Below are positions 1 through 10,873 of a stretch of DNA of 64,000 nucleotides, piece by piece. Under the pieces are notes generated by a model. It did not search any database. It was not told where the DNA came from and was given only the letters and a program-made list of their open reading frames with translations. The DNA comes from an uncultured Chlamydiae bacterium (GTDB taxonomy: Bacteria; Chlamydiota; Chlamydiia; Chlamydiales; SM23-39), in assembly GCA_963730605.1 (NCBI GenBank), contig CAVSSM010000002.1, positions 192,001 to 256,000 on the forward strand. Direction: 5' to 3'. Position 1 is the first letter of the stretch. Every line of letters starts with the position of its first letter. The position numbers and the translations under genes were made by a program.

Positions 1-55
1 ATACATTATATAGAAGCCCCCTCGATCGGATCGGGGGGAAGCGAAACAGATGATC

Positions 56-268
56 TTATCTCTTAGCTTTCTTGCTGTGTCCGAAACCCTGGGATTTTTC
101 ATCCACCGGCTTGGTGAAATCTGAAACTGTCCCTTGGTCGTCGTTTGAATTGACAACGACTTCCTTTTCAGTGGAAGAAATGGCAGGGACTTCCGAATTT
201 CTCGAGACAGCAAATGCTCCGGCTGTGGCCAAAGCTGTCAAAGATACGACCATGAGTGTTTTACGCAT
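56..268 (-). CDS. small hypothetical exported protein
   Basis: GGAGG RBS before ATG 268; signal-peptide-like N-terminus MRKTLMVVSLTALATAGAFA. Confidence 0.6.
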   Translation of the reverse strand: MRKTLMVVSLTALATAGAFAVSRNSEVPAISSTEKEVVVNSNDDQGTVSDFTKPVDEKSQGFGHSKKAKR

Positions 269-471
269 AATAACCTCCATTTTGGGGTTTTGGTTGTTAG
301 AGAGTGTCCCAGAATGTGAGATGCTATCTCATTCGAAATATTTCTTTCCATAAAAAATATTTTTCCACCCAACTTACTGAGCCACAGAATATTGTGAATT
401 AATATTATTAATTATATTAATTTATATTATAATTAAATTATTGGCGACCTACGTCTAAATTCAAAGGACTT

Positions 472-786
472 ATGGACAATAACCTATTTAAAAAACCAGA
501 GACTCCCGATTATTCCAACCCGGCTGTCCAACGATCCTTTATCGAAGAAGCTCATTCAGGGGCGGATTTAATCAGGAAGGAATTGGAAGTTAATGGAGTG
601 GAGCAAGTCCTTTTGGATAAACGGATCCAGATGATGCAATCGTTTGTAAACGATCTGCCCTCCAGCGATCCCCAATACAGCATGCTTTTGGCTCAAATTC
701 AGATGGATTGGGTTGAATTGGACGAGTTAAAATTGCGAGGCCAGAACTTGGCGAAAGAATTAAACGATTTGAACCTATCCCACTAA
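472..786 (+). CDS. hypothetical protein
   Basis: 104-aa ORF with AAGGA RBS after an AT-rich intergenic region. Confidence 0.65.
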   Translation: MDNNLFKKPETPDYSNPAVQRSFIEEAHSGADLIRKELEVNGVEQVLLDKRIQMMQSFVNDLPSSDPQYSMLLAQIQMDWVELDELKLRGQNLAKELNDLNLSH

Positions 787-824
787 GAGGGTGTTTACAA
801 TGTGAGGTTCTGTCGATTTTTCGG
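786..824 (+). repeat. truncated copy of palindromic family C
   Basis: AGAGGGTGTTTACAATGTGAGGTTCTGTCGATTTTT resembles the left arm and loop of 40495-40557. Confidence 0.7.
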
Positions 825-931
825 TAAATATTAGTGGGATAGGTTCTAACTAAGAAGAACTTATAACTTTTAGAAGAAAAATAAATAAAATTTCCCTATA
901 TAATAGAAGTAACGATCTCAGGAGGATTTAA

Positions 932-1267
932 ATGGTCACGCGCAAGAGCCGAAAACGTAAAACTCGAAAGGCAGCCCGCAGGCCAGCACCTAAACGAAAA
1001 TCCACCCACAGGAAGCGGACGCGTAAAATGAAAGGGATGGATTCTCCAATCCTAGCCTTCGCTAAAAACAGGAAGGCTCACTGGGAGGTCTTTCGGGATC
1101 TCCAGAGGAAAGCGGACAGGGCATGGGCGAAGCTTCGCTCCGACGTGAACCGGAAGGCCGACCCCGAAGTTCTCGTGGCAGACAGAAACAACCTGCTCCT
1201 ACTCCTCGGAGAATGCAACTACCTCGCTGGGGAATGCATGCGGATGAAACTGATCCGCACCCGGTAA
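932..1267 (+). CDS. basic protein with Lys/Arg-rich histone-like N-terminus
   Basis: AGGAGG RBS; N-terminus RKSRKRKTRKAARRPAPKRKSTHRKRTRK followed by a helical-looking domain. Confidence 0.7.
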   Translation: MVTRKSRKRKTRKAARRPAPKRKSTHRKRTRKMKGMDSPILAFAKNRKAHWEVFRDLQRKADRAWAKLRSDVNRKADPEVLVADRNNLLLLLGECNYLAGECMRMKLIRTR

Positions 1268-1333
1268 GCACCTATCCTTGATGAAAACTATACTGCGACC
1301 GTTCAAAAAGAGTGAAAAATGCCACTGCGAAAT

Positions 1334-1367
1334 CATAAAAAAGGTCCTTGAATGGACCTTTTTTATG
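1334..1367. terminator. bidirectional intrinsic terminator-like hairpin inside element F
   Basis: CATAAAAAAGGTCC-ttgaat-GGACCTTTTTTATG. Confidence 0.65.
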
Positions 1368-1436
1368 CGAAGCAGCGCCCTGCATTTGAGTCAGGCGAAG
1401 CCGATGTCGAAGCAGCTAAACTTGAAAAGGTTAGCG

Positions 1437-1469
1437 CCGGGGTCCCCGAAGATGTATCATCTTTGGGGT
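1437..1469 (+). repeat. 32-bp hairpin module copy
   Basis: GGGGT-CCCCGAAGATG-TAT-CATCTTTGGGG-T. Confidence 0.8.
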
Positions 1470-1578
1470 AGGGCGCCGGCAGATGCACGCTTTTTGAGCG
1501 GGAGCAGTATATTAGTGGGATAGGTTCAAGCAACTTTCTACTAGCCTCCATAGCCCTGTTCCATTAGACTTTACGGAT

Positions 1579-4527
1579 ATGTTACAAGAAGCCTTAGGCA
1601 CCGTCGGCCAAACCTACCGCGACTTTTTCCTTACAAAGTATTTGCCTCTTAGCGAGTTGCAGAGTACATTGGTGGAGCTTACGCACGAACCTTCAGGCGC
1701 GCGGGTCATCCATATCGCAAATAATGACCCCGACAATCTTTTTTGCCTATCGCTTAAGACTCTCCCGGACAGCTCGAATGGAGTCGCCCACATCCTTGAA
1801 CATACTGTCCTCTGCGGATCGAGAAAATACCCGGTGAAAGACCCGTTTTTCGCGATGACCCGCAGAAGTTTGAATACGTTCATGAACGCCCTTACGGGGC
1901 AGGACTTCACCTGCTATCCGGCAAGTTCGCAAGTTGAGAAAGACTTCTACAATCTCCTGGAGGTCTATCTCGACGCTGTCTTCCATCCCGAACTAAAGGA
2001 ATTAAGCTTTCTGCAAGAAGGGCATCGGCTGGAATTTGCCGAACCGAAAAATCCGAAGAGCCCCCTCCAATTCCAAGGGGTGGTCTATAATGAGATGAAG
2101 GGTGGCATGTCTTCGAGCGACAGCCGCCTTTGGAGGGCCGTTTTCAAACACCTTTTTTCAGATCTTCCCTATGCTCACAATACCGGTGGCGACCCAAAAG
2201 AAATCCCCAGCCTGACCTATGAAGAATTGATCGATTTCCACCGCAATTTCTATCATCCCTCTCGCTGTTTGTTCTTTTTTTATGGTAATATCCCCCTCTC
2301 GAAGCACCTCGACTTCATCGAGAAAAAAGCGTTGTCCGGCGTCTCGAAGCTTGCCGCTTTGCCGCCGATGCCGCGCCAAAAGCGGTTTACCGCTCCGATC
2401 TCCCGAATCGAAAAATACCCGGTCAGCAGCTCGGACTCTTTGGAAAAAAAGGCGATCCTCGCCTATGCCTGGCTCACGGCGCCGGTGACAGATCCTGGCG
2501 AGGTCTTGGCTATATCCCTTCTAGAATGCATCCTCATGGACAATGACGCCTCGCCGCTGAGGCAATCTCTCCTCAAATCGAAATTATGCACGCAAGCCTC
2601 CTCATCCATCGATCTGGAAATGAGCGAAATTCCCTGGCTGATCGTCTGTAAGGGATGCGAACCGGAGAATGCAGGCGCGCTCAAAGAACTCCTTTTTCAC
2701 GAACTTGGCAAGATTGCGGCAAACCCCATCCCTAAAGAGCAAATCGAAGCCGCTTTGCACCAACTCGAATTCGAAAGGACCGAAATCAACACCGATGAAG
2801 GTCCCTTTGGACTTACGCTCTTCATGCGCGCCGCCCTCATCGCCCAGCATGGAAGCGCTCCGGAAAGCGGCCTTTTGATCCATACCCACTTCAAGAGCTT
2901 AAGAGAAAAACTCGAAAACCCAGACACTCTGCCCAACTTGATCCGCTTTTATCTTTTAGACAATCCCCATTTTCTCCAACTCACCCTGGCTGCCGACCCG
3001 AATCTTGAAAAAGAGGAAGCCAAAGACGAGAGGAAAACATTGGACGCCATCCGCGCCCACCTCTCTCCCGAGATGGAAGCGAAGATTGTCGCCCAATCCG
3101 AGGCGCTGGCCCTCTATCAAGAAGCAACCGAAAATCAATCTCTCGAGTGCCTGCCCAAAGTGACGCTGCAAGACGTCTCTCCCCACGCCCGCAACATCCC
3201 CCTCGAGGAAACCGTAGCGGGGCAGATGACGGTTTTTCACCATTCCTGCTTTACCAACCAAATTCTTTACGCCGATCTCCTCTTCGATCTTCCCCATCTC
3301 TCGTTTTCCGACCTTCCTCTCGTTTCTCTTTTCGTCCGCTTTTTAAGCGAAGTGGGATGCGGAGGCATTGGCTATGAAAAGACGCTCGAATTTGCCCAAC
3401 GCTATACCGGAGGCGTCAACGCGTCTCTCTCTCTGCATGTCTCTCAAGCCGACCCTGATCGGTGCAGACCGACCCTATCTCTCAAAGGAAAAGCCCTTGC
3501 CCGGAATGGCTCTAAACTTTTCGAGCTTTTCTCTAAGATCATCTCCAGCCCTGATTTCACCGATGAAAGACGTATCCGGGAACTTTTATCCCAGCACGCC
3601 ACAGCTCTCCAAAATCGACTGACGAAAAATGCCCTGAGCTATGCGATCCAAACGTCTTTGAGCGGCTTTTCTTCAGCCTCTTCTGTGTACGATCAATGGC
3701 AGGGGCTTCCCTACTATGCTGCGGTCATGAGATGGGCGAAAAATCCGGGCGTGTTGGCCGAAGACCTCCTCCGGATGCAAAAATCGATCTTAGGCAAGGG
3801 CGCTCCGCATCTCGTCCTCTCCTGCGACAGCCCCTTTTTCCAAGACCTAAGAGTTGCTAGCTTCTTTGGCCTTAGCGAGAACCTGGGAGGAAAACCTTTT
3901 GAACCCTGGACCGGAAACTACCCTATCCCTGAGATTGTCCCCCAAGCGCGGATTTTGAGCGTGCCGGTCGCCAACACTGCTCTCGGGACGAGAACCGTCT
4001 CCTACCGCGATCCCGCATCCCCTCTACTCCTTCTTTCGACCGAGCTGCTCCAAAACGTCATCCTCCATAAGGAGATCCGGGAAAAAGGGGGCGCATATGG
4101 CTCGGAAGCCTCCTACTCCCCGGCTACAGGAAACTTTTATTTCACTTCTTACCGAGATCCCCATCTGGCCAAAACGATCTTGGCTTTTGAAAAAGCGATG
4201 GAAAAAATCGCCGCCGGGGGTTTTAATGAACGGCACCTCGAAGAAGCGAAGCTAGGGATCCTTCAGCAACTGGACGCCCCTATCGCTCCCGGATCCAGAG
4301 CTATGATGGCTTACGCCTGGAAGCGAGCCGAGCGCACGCAAGAAATGCGGGAAGCCTTCCGCAATCAAATCCTCTCAGCGACCCGGGCTGAAGTTTCCTC
4401 TGCGGTTGCGGAACACCTTTTGCCCCAAAAGAAAATCCTCGTCTCTTTTTTGGGCGAGGCCCTCTATGAAAAAGAAAAGAAAAAAATCAAACAGCCCCTT
4501 ACCGTCCTGCCGATCGAGACGACTTGA
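1579..4527 (+). CDS. M16C insulinase-family zinc metalloprotease (PreP-like)
   Basis: Inverted zinc motif HILEH in GVAHILEHTVLCGS; IREKGGAYG; SYRDP; 982 aa. Confidence 0.92.
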   Translation: MLQEALGTVGQTYRDFFLTKYLPLSELQSTLVELTHEPSGARVIHIANNDPDNLFCLSLKTLPDSSNGVAHILEHTVLCGSRKYPVKDPFFAMTRRSLNTFMNALTGQDFTCYPASSQVEKDFYNLLEVYLDAVFHPELKELSFLQEGHRLEFAEPKNPKSPLQFQGVVYNEMKGGMSSSDSRLWRAVFKHLFSDLPYAHNTGGDPKEIPSLTYEELIDFHRNFYHPSRCLFFFYGNIPLSKHLDFIEKKALSGVSKLAALPPMPRQKRFTAPISRIEKYPVSSSDSLEKKAILAYAWLTAPVTDPGEVLAISLLECILMDNDASPLRQSLLKSKLCTQASSSIDLEMSEIPWLIVCKGCEPENAGALKELLFHELGKIAANPIPKEQIEAALHQLEFERTEINTDEGPFGLTLFMRAALIAQHGSAPESGLLIHTHFKSLREKLENPDTLPNLIRFYLLDNPHFLQLTLAADPNLEKEEAKDERKTLDAIRAHLSPEMEAKIVAQSEALALYQEATENQSLECLPKVTLQDVSPHARNIPLEETVAGQMTVFHHSCFTNQILYADLLFDLPHLSFSDLPLVSLFVRFLSEVGCGGIGYEKTLEFAQRYTGGVNASLSLHVSQADPDRCRPTLSLKGKALARNGSKLFELFSKIISSPDFTDERRIRELLSQHATALQNRLTKNALSYAIQTSLSGFSSASSVYDQWQGLPYYAAVMRWAKNPGVLAEDLLRMQKSILGKGAPHLVLSCDSPFFQDLRVASFFGLSENLGGKPFEPWTGNYPIPEIVPQARILSVPVANTALGTRTVSYRDPASPLLLLSTELLQNVILHKEIREKGGAYGSEASYSPATGNFYFTSYRDPHLAKTILAFEKAMEKIAAGGFNERHLEEAKLGILQQLDAPIAPGSRAMMAYAWKRAERTQEMREAFRNQILSATRAEVSSAVAEHLLPQKKILVSFLGEALYEKEKKKIKQPLTVLPIETT

Positions 4528-4577
4528 ACTTATAAGCAAAATTCGCTATATTCTTAGTGAGAAAAGGAGCGGGTTTT

Positions 4578-6038
4578 ATGAAGAAGTTGATTCTCGTCGC
4601 TATTCTAGGCGTTTTCACGCTGACCACATGCTATGGGGGGGCGAATACGGCAGAGGAGCCATCCCAAGCGGCTGCTCGCGGAGCTACTCTTTTGGAGCAA
4701 ACCTCGCAGGCATTTACCCAAATCGCAGACAAAGCGATGCCGGCCACCGTTTTCATCAGAACGGAAATTGCGCAGCCGATGGGCGGCCAAGAGATGCAAA
4801 ACCCTTTTGAGATGTTCGGAGACGATTTCTTCCGCCGGTTTTTTGGCGGCCAGCAATTTTTCAACAACTTCCAATCCCAGCAGCCGCAGCCGCAAATCGC
4901 CGGCGGGTCTGGCTTTCTGGTCACTCAAGATGGTTATGTCGTAACGAACAACCATGTCATCAAAGACGCGTCCAAGATCACCGTCACCCTGAACGACGGC
5001 CGCGAATATCCCGCGACTGTGAAAGGCGCCGATCCCCGTACGGACTTGGCCCTGCTCAAGATCGACGAGAAGAACCTTCCCTTCCTGAGTTTCGGCGATT
5101 CCGACAACTTGAAAATCGGCGAATGGGTCGTTGCGATTGGCAACCCATTCGGAATTGGCGCTACCTTGACCGCTGGGATCGTCAGCGCCAAGGGGCGGCA
5201 AGATTTAGGGATCGCCTCCTATGAGGATTTTATCCAGACCGATGCGGCGATCAATCCGGGCAATTCGGGCGGCCCTCTTTTCAATCTTCAAGGCGAAGTG
5301 ATCGGGGTCAATACCGCCATCTTCACCCGGAGCGGCGGCTACATGGGAATCGGCCTCTCCATCCCGAGCCGGATGGCCCAAAACATCATCGATCAAATCC
5401 TTGAGACCGGAATCGTGAACAGGGCCTATCTCGGCATTATCCTTCAGCCGGTCGACAAAGACCTTGCCTCAGCCCTAGAGCTCGAGAATCAAGAAGGGGT
5501 CCTCATTTCCGATGTCGTGAAAGGATCGCCTGCCGCAAAAGCGGGCTTGCAGCAAGGAGATATCATTCTCCAAACCAACGATAAGCCGGTCAAGACGGTG
5601 ACAAAACTGCGCAATGATATCGCCCTGATGAATCCCGGCTCTGAAATCAAGCTGCAAATCCTCAGGAACAACAAGAAAATGATCTTGACCGCCTCCCTCG
5701 GCTCTATGGATGGGGAAGTGCTTTCAGCCGAGCTGATCCAAAAACTCGGAATCGACATCGAAAATCTCACTGCCGAGACAGCGTCGCGGCTTGGATTTAA
5801 TGGCATTCCCGATGGCATCGCGATCACCCGCGTCAAACCGGGCTCGCCTGCAGCCCAAGCGGGCCTTCGTCCCGGGTTTCTGATTACGGGAGTCGCAGTC
5901 GCCATGAACAACCAAAAGCCGGTCAAGAATACGGCGGAATTCGAAGAAGCGCTGAAGGATCTGGGCGATAAGAAGCATCTGATCCTGATCGTCCGCCAGC
6001 AGAATTTCCAGCGGTACTACACGATCAAAATCAATTGA
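4578..6038 (+). CDS. htrA: DegP/HtrA periplasmic serine protease with PDZ domains
   Basis: TNNHV, TDLAL, IQTDAAINPGNSGGPL; signal peptide; ATG 4578 after AAGGAG. Confidence 0.93.
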   Translation: MKKLILVAILGVFTLTTCYGGANTAEEPSQAAARGATLLEQTSQAFTQIADKAMPATVFIRTEIAQPMGGQEMQNPFEMFGDDFFRRFFGGQQFFNNFQSQQPQPQIAGGSGFLVTQDGYVVTNNHVIKDASKITVTLNDGREYPATVKGADPRTDLALLKIDEKNLPFLSFGDSDNLKIGEWVVAIGNPFGIGATLTAGIVSAKGRQDLGIASYEDFIQTDAAINPGNSGGPLFNLQGEVIGVNTAIFTRSGGYMGIGLSIPSRMAQNIIDQILETGIVNRAYLGIILQPVDKDLASALELENQEGVLISDVVKGSPAAKAGLQQGDIILQTNDKPVKTVTKLRNDIALMNPGSEIKLQILRNNKKMILTASLGSMDGEVLSAELIQKLGIDIENLTAETASRLGFNGIPDGIAITRVKPGSPAAQAGLRPGFLITGVAVAMNNQKPVKNTAEFEEALKDLGDKKHLILIVRQQNFQRYYTIKIN

Positions 6039-6061
6039 CCCTTGTTCATTGGAAATTGCTG

Positions 6062-6586
6062 TCAATCCACTCCCATGGACGAAAAGGAATCGAGCTGCGC
6101 CATGAGCTGCAGGATCCGGTCTAAGACGATCTGGGCTTCATAGACCGACTCGCTGCTGTGGATCATTTTGTGGAGCCTTTCCCTCTCCTCTAAAAAGAGA
6201 TCGGCCGGCTCAAAATCGGCCATCTTGCTCGGTTGCTTGCGGATCAGCTCTTCGTAATTGTCCACCTGCTTGCGGATATAGGCGAGCTCGGCTTCCCTCA
6301 TCTCGTCGCTTAGCCTCTCGACCTGGGCATTCATTTTCCCTTGCTCTTTTTCCGCAAACTGCAGCTTTTTTTGCAAAAGGGCGATTTTTTGCCTCTGTTT
6401 GGTGGGCGCCAGCTCCGCGACATTCGGAGTCGTCCTAAGGCCGCAGGCAGCGAGGAGAAGTAAAAACACGAGTTTCGGATAACAAAGTAGAGCTGATCTG
6501 CAAATCTTCGCTGGCAGATTTGGAGGAGGCGTGCCGCTATGGGCTTCGCCCGGCCGCTTAAACTCTGCAGAGAGATCCCTTTGCAT
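6062..6586 (-). CDS. hypothetical coiled-coil protein, possible lipoprotein (start uncertain)
   Basis: LLLLAAC lipobox-like motif then heptad-rich region. Confidence 0.55.
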   Translation of the reverse strand: MQRDLSAEFKRPGEAHSGTPPPNLPAKICRSALLCYPKLVFLLLLAACGLRTTPNVAELAPTKQRQKIALLQKKLQFAEKEQGKMNAQVERLSDEMREAELAYIRKQVDNYEELIRKQPSKMADFEPADLFLEERERLHKMIHSSESVYEAQIVLDRILQLMAQLDSFSSMGVD

Positions 6587-6716
6587 CTCAGCCTTTATTA
6601 TTCGAAATTCGCGTTAAGAGAATGATCTCATCCACTGATGATCCTAGGAGCCCGCAATTCTATCGGATCATTCTAATGGATTCCGCGATTATTACCCGAG
6701 CTATAAAATAGTATCA

Positions 6717-7859
6717 TCACTTTAAAGGATCAACAAATGCGCGAAATTCAGGATCGCTCTTCAATGAGGCAAATTCCTCTTCGTTGAGGAGGCTCGCGAG
6801 GTCGAAGCTTCCGTGCTGCCAGGCAGTCTGGAGCCAGCCGCCCGCAGGCTTAGCCTGGTGGAGAAAAGCGAAGGCGCGCGCGTTCTGCAGCGCGACATCC
6901 ATTGAGGAAGAAATCTGATAGCACTCGCTCGAGAGCTCGGCGACAAGAGGATAATCTTTTTGGGTCGCCGCGAGTTTGTGGAGTAGGCAAAGGGCGTCTT
7001 CGTCCAGCTGCTTTTTAAAGGGGATGAGGATTTCGTAGGCCTCTTTTTGCCTCCCCTCTTGATTTTCGAGAAATGCGAGATATTGGGAGGCTATTCTCGA
7101 TAAAATCCCCCCTTCTCCCTTTTGGCGCACTTCTTCGAAAAGCTGCTTCGCCTCATCCTTTTTACCATTTTTCAGCATCGTCTCGGCGCGGCTGACCAGC
7201 TCCTTGTTCTCCTCTTCCCGGTCGCCAGCGCTCGCAAACCGGCTCTTTCTCCAGGAGTCGAAACTTTGAAAGGCGAAGAGGAAAAAAATCGCGCCAATAA
7301 GATAGGCCTGGATGATGAAAAAATAAAATGAGATGAGGGCGGCGATGACGGCGCCGGCAAGAAGCGCCGCCTTGAATCCTTTGAGCCCCCACAAAGCTTC
7401 TAAAACGATCCGGAGAAGCTGTCCCCCATCCAGCGGGAGGACGGGAAGCAGATTGACGAATGTCCAAAAAAGGTTGGCGATCTGCGCCGACTTCAAGATC
7501 TTGAAGATGGTAGGCGAACTAGATAAGTCTATTTGAAGAAGGAGAGTAGCGATTAGAAAAAGGAAAAAACCGAACAAGGGGCCATTGAAAGCGATCAGAA
7601 ACTGTTGCCAAAAGCGGAGCTTCGGCCCTTCGTAGGAGGTAAGCCCGCCAAGAGCGACGAGTTGGATTTGGGTTTTTTGCTTGAAGGCAGCCGCGGTCAA
7701 GGCATGTCCGAACTCATGGATCAAAACGGAAAAGAAAATAATCCCGACCCAAATGAGCATGCCGATAAAAGTTTGGGTATAAAACCATCCGATGAACGCG
7801 GCAAAAATCCAAAAAAGCGGATGGATCGCAATCGGGATGCGCCCTGGAATAACGATCAT
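6717..7859 (-). CDS. site-2 protease (M50) with helical TPR-like C-terminus
   Basis: HEFGH and [11 protein letters not shown] motifs; several TM segments; ATG overlaps the sucD stop (ATGA). Confidence 0.85.
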   Translation of the reverse strand: MIVIPGRIPIAIHPLFWIFAAFIGWFYTQTFIGMLIWVGIIFFSVLIHEFGHALTAAAFKQKTQIQLVALGGLTSYEGPKLRFWQQFLIAFNGPLFGFFLFLIATLLLQIDLSSSPTIFKILKSAQIANLFWTFVNLLPVLPLDGGQLLRIVLEALWGLKGFKAALLAGAVIAALISFYFFIIQAYLIGAIFFLFAFQSFDSWRKSRFASAGDREEENKELVSRAETMLKNGKKDEAKQLFEEVRQKGEGGILSRIASQYLAFLENQEGRQKEAYEILIPFKKQLDEDALCLLHKLAATQKDYPLVAELSSECYQISSSMDVALQNARAFAFLHQAKPAGGWLQTAWQHGSFDLASLLNEEEFASLKSDPEFRAFVDPLK

Positions 7860-8732
7860 TTTTTCATTGCCTTCTTGACAGCCTCTCCCATTTCCGCGGG
7901 GCTCTCGGTAATGACGGCACCCGCGTTCCGGAACGCTTCGTATTTTTGCGCGGCCGTTCCGAGGCCTCCCGAAATGATCGCCCCCGCATGACCCATTCTT
8001 TTGCCGGGAGGGGCGGTAGCTCCGGCGATGAAGACCGCGATCGGCTTTTTGCAGTGCTTGGCCGCCCATTCGGCCGCCTGCTCTTCGGCATCCCCGCCAA
8101 TTTCTCCTATGAGGAGAATCGGCTTGTGTCTCCGGATCGCGCTCGAACTCTTTCATACAATCGATGAAATTCGTGCCGTTCAACGGATCTCCGCCGATCC
8201 CGACGCAGGTCGATTGCCCGAGCCCGAGCTTTGTCGTTTGCCAAACAGCCTCGTAGGTCAAAGTCCCTGACCTTGAAACGATTCCGATCGATCCTTTTTT
8301 ATGGATATAGCCGGGCATGATCCCGATCTTGCATTCGCCGGGTGTAATGATCCCGGGGCAATTGGGGCCGATCAGCCGGGAGATCTTCGAGGCGTTCATC
8401 ACCCGCTTCACTTCGAGCATGTCGCGGATCGGGATCCCTTCCGTGATGCAGACGATAAGAGGTATCCCGGCCTCTTCCGCCTCCAGGATCGCGTCGGCGC
8501 AGTAAGGAGCGGGCACGAAAATCAGCGTCGCATCGGGATGCACCGCCTCTTTTGCCTCCGCGACCGTATCGAATACGGGAACGCCGAAGATCTCTCTGCC
8601 CCCTTTTCCCGGAGTCACTCCGCCGACAAGCCGGGTCCCATATTCCTTGCACTGCTCCGCATGGAACATGCCCGCTTGGCCCGTAATCCCTTGCACGATC
8701 AGTTTCGTCTTTTTATTTACCAGTATGGCCAT
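7856..8732 (-). pseudogene. sucD: succinyl-CoA ligase alpha subunit with a single +1 frameshift near 8120 (pseudogene or sequence error)
   Basis: [22 protein letters not shown]; removing one base restores ILLIGEIGG...GKRMGHAGA to TGA 7856; span 877 bp = 3n+1. Confidence 0.85.
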
Positions 8733-8743
8733 CTGTTCACCGT

Positions 8744-8769
8744 GAACCCTCATTTTGTAGACACCCTCT
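8744..8769 (-). repeat. family C arm at the sucC/sucD junction
   Basis: Reverse complement AGAGGGTGTCTACAAAATGAGGGTTC matches 40495-40520 at 25/26. Confidence 0.8.
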
Positions 8770-9925
8770 TAGACGCCTGGACTGCAAGCTCTGCGCCTTT
8801 GAGGATATTTTCCGCTGTCCCAATCTTCAAATGGCTTTCTTTAAAAAGCCGCCTTCCTTCTTCCACGTTGGTCCCTTCGAGCCGGACGATGATCGGGATT
8901 TTTATGTGCTGCTCTTTGGCCGCATGGATGACTCCCTCGGCAATGGTCGCGCAGTTCATGATCCCGCCGAAGATATTGACCAAGATCGCTTTGACTTTTG
9001 GGTCCGATAGGATGATCCGGAACCCTTCCGCCACTTTTTCTTTGCTCGCTCCGCCTCCCACATCGAGAAAATTCGCAGGCGACCCGCCGCAAAGCTGGAT
9101 GATATCCATCGTCGCCATGGCCAAGCCCGCCCCGTTGACCATGCACCCGATATTCCCCTGCATCGCGATATAGGCCAGATCGAACCGCTTCGCCATCGCC
9201 TCCTGAGGAGAAACCTGGGTGGCATCGTAAAAGGAGGCAATCTCAGGCTGGCGGAAGAGCGCATTGTCGTCGACGCTCAGTTTCGCGTCCAAAGCCAAAA
9301 TCTCTCCCTCAGGCGTTTTCACAAGCGGGTTGATCTCCAAAAGCGAGGCGTCCGTTTCGATAAAACACTTGGCCAAGGCGGACGCAATCTGCGCCCCCTT
9401 TTTTGCCTCGTCGCCCTTCCATCCCATGAATTTAGTCAGACGCAAAAGTTGATAAGTTCTGAGCTTGCCGTCGAAACCGAAGGGCATTTTCAAAATTTTC
9501 TCAGGCATTTTGTGGGCGATCTCTTCGATCTCCATCCCCCCCTCGGGAGACGCAATCAAGGTGGGCACGGCTCTATCTCGGTCAATGACCGCCCCGATGT
9601 AGTATTCCTTTGCGATGTCCGCCGGTTTCGTGATGATCACCCAATTCGCGACCACCCCGTCAGGACCGGTCTGCTGGTTCACCATCTTCATGCCGATAAG
9701 CGCCTTTGCGATTTGAGCGATTTCCTGGCGGGATTTGGCAAATTTCACGCCCCCCGCCTTGCCGCGGCCGCCTGCGTGGACTTGGATCTTCACGACAGCC
9801 CGGTCCAATTTCAGCTCAATGGCTACCTGCTCCGCTTCCTCCACCGAGGCGGCGGTGCCGAAGTCGGGAATGGGGATCCCATAGCGCTTTAAAATTTTTT
9901 TTGCCTGAAATTCGTGCAGGTTCAT
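8750..9925 (-). CDS. sucC: succinyl-CoA ligase beta subunit
   Basis: [40 protein letters not shown]. Confidence 0.96.
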   Translation of the reverse strand: MNLHEFQAKKILKRYGIPIPDFGTAASVEEAEQVAIELKLDRAVVKIQVHAGGRGKAGGVKFAKSRQEIAQIAKALIGMKMVNQQTGPDGVVANWVIITKPADIAKEYYIGAVIDRDRAVPTLIASPEGGMEIEEIAHKMPEKILKMPFGFDGKLRTYQLLRLTKFMGWKGDEAKKGAQIASALAKCFIETDASLLEINPLVKTPEGEILALDAKLSVDDNALFRQPEIASFYDATQVSPQEAMAKRFDLAYIAMQGNIGCMVNGAGLAMATMDIIQLCGGSPANFLDVGGGASKEKVAEGFRIILSDPKVKAILVNIFGGIMNCATIAEGVIHAAKEQHIKIPIIVRLEGTNVEEGRRLFKESHLKIGTAENILKGAELAVQASKRVSTK

Positions 9926-9967
9926 CCCCGTAACTCCGGAATTGGGTTATTTGGTACAATATATGGT

Positions 9968-10873
9968 ATGCTTAAATTTTTCAAAAAACTCATCACCCCT
10001 TTTTCAAAAATAAAATCGGCGCTCGGCCAGAAGCTCCGTGCCCTCTTCTCCCGCAAGCTCGACGATGCGATGTTCCAAGAGCTTGAAAAGCTCTTTTATG
10101 AGGCCGATCTAGGGGCCACGATGTCAGCCGAACTCGTCGAAAAGCTCCGCTCTCACGCAAAGCGCAATCCGGATCCAGGTTCCTTTTTAGGGGCCGTGAA
10201 AGAGGAATTGATGAAGGTGTTCCCTGAAAGCGTCGAAGAGACGGCCGCATCGCCATCCCCTCGCGTGATCCTGATCGTCGGGGTCAATGGGTCGGGAAAG
10301 ACGACCACCCTGGCCAAGCTCGCCCACTATTACCGATCGCTTGGCAAGAGCGTCCTGATCGCGGCCGGGGACACATTTCGGGCCGCCGCAATCGAGCAGC
10401 TTGAAATTTGGGGCCAGCGCGTCGGAGTTCCCGTTGTTAAAACGAAGCCAAATGGCGACCCGTCGGCGGTCGCCTTTGACGCGATCGCCTCGGCGAGGGC
10501 AAAATCGATCGACATCGTCCTGATCGATACGGCGGGCCGGCTGCAAACGAAGACCGACCTAATGGGAGAGCTTGCCAAGGTGCAGCGCGTCTGTCAGAAG
10601 CAGATCGAAGCGGCCCCTCACGAAACGCTTCTAGTCCTCGACGCCACGCTTGGGCAAAATGGGCTCGACGCAGCGCGCGTCTTCCATCAATTTACGCCGA
10701 TTACCGGGATTGTCCTGACGAAGCTCGACGGCTCGGCGAAGGGGGGCATCGCGGCCTTGATCCAGAAAGAATTGAAGATCCCCATCCGCTGGGTCGGCCT
10801 TGGCGAAAAGGAGAGCGATCTAGCCCCCTTCGACGCAGAAAGCTACGTCGACGCCCTTCTTTCTATGAGTTAA
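9968..10873 (+). CDS. ftsY: SRP receptor GTPase FtsY
   Basis: GVNGSGKTTT, DTFRAAA, DTAGR, TKLDGSAKGG. Confidence 0.95.
   Translation: MLKFFKKLITPFSKIKSALGQKLRALFSRKLDDAMFQELEKLFYEADLGATMSAELVEKLRSHAKRNPDPGSFLGAVKEELMKVFPESVEETAASPSPRVILIVGVNGSGKTTTLAKLAHYYRSLGKSVLIAAGDTFRAAAIEQLEIWGQRVGVPVVKTKPNGDPSAVAFDAIASARAKSIDIVLIDTAGRLQTKTDLMGELAKVQRVCQKQIEAAPHETLLVLDATLGQNGLDAARVFHQFTPITGIVLTKLDGSAKGGIAALIQKELKIPIRWVGLGEKESDLAPFDAESYVDALLSMS

Larger units (their letters stand above)
1289..1511. mobile_element. MITE-like element F with TATAC ends, carrying the hairpin module
   Basis: TIRs TATACTGCGACCGTTCAAAAAG (1289-1310) and CTTTTTGAGCGGGAGCAGTATA (1490-1511), 19/22 match. Confidence 0.7.

Noticed and set aside
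932..1267. Calling this hctA or hctB
   Set aside because: Lacks the Hc1 N-terminal domain and the Hc2 pentapeptide repeats.
6717..8753. 678-aa SucD-M50 fusion protein
   Set aside because: Produced by a single-base frameshift; the genuine SucD C-terminus is intact in another frame.
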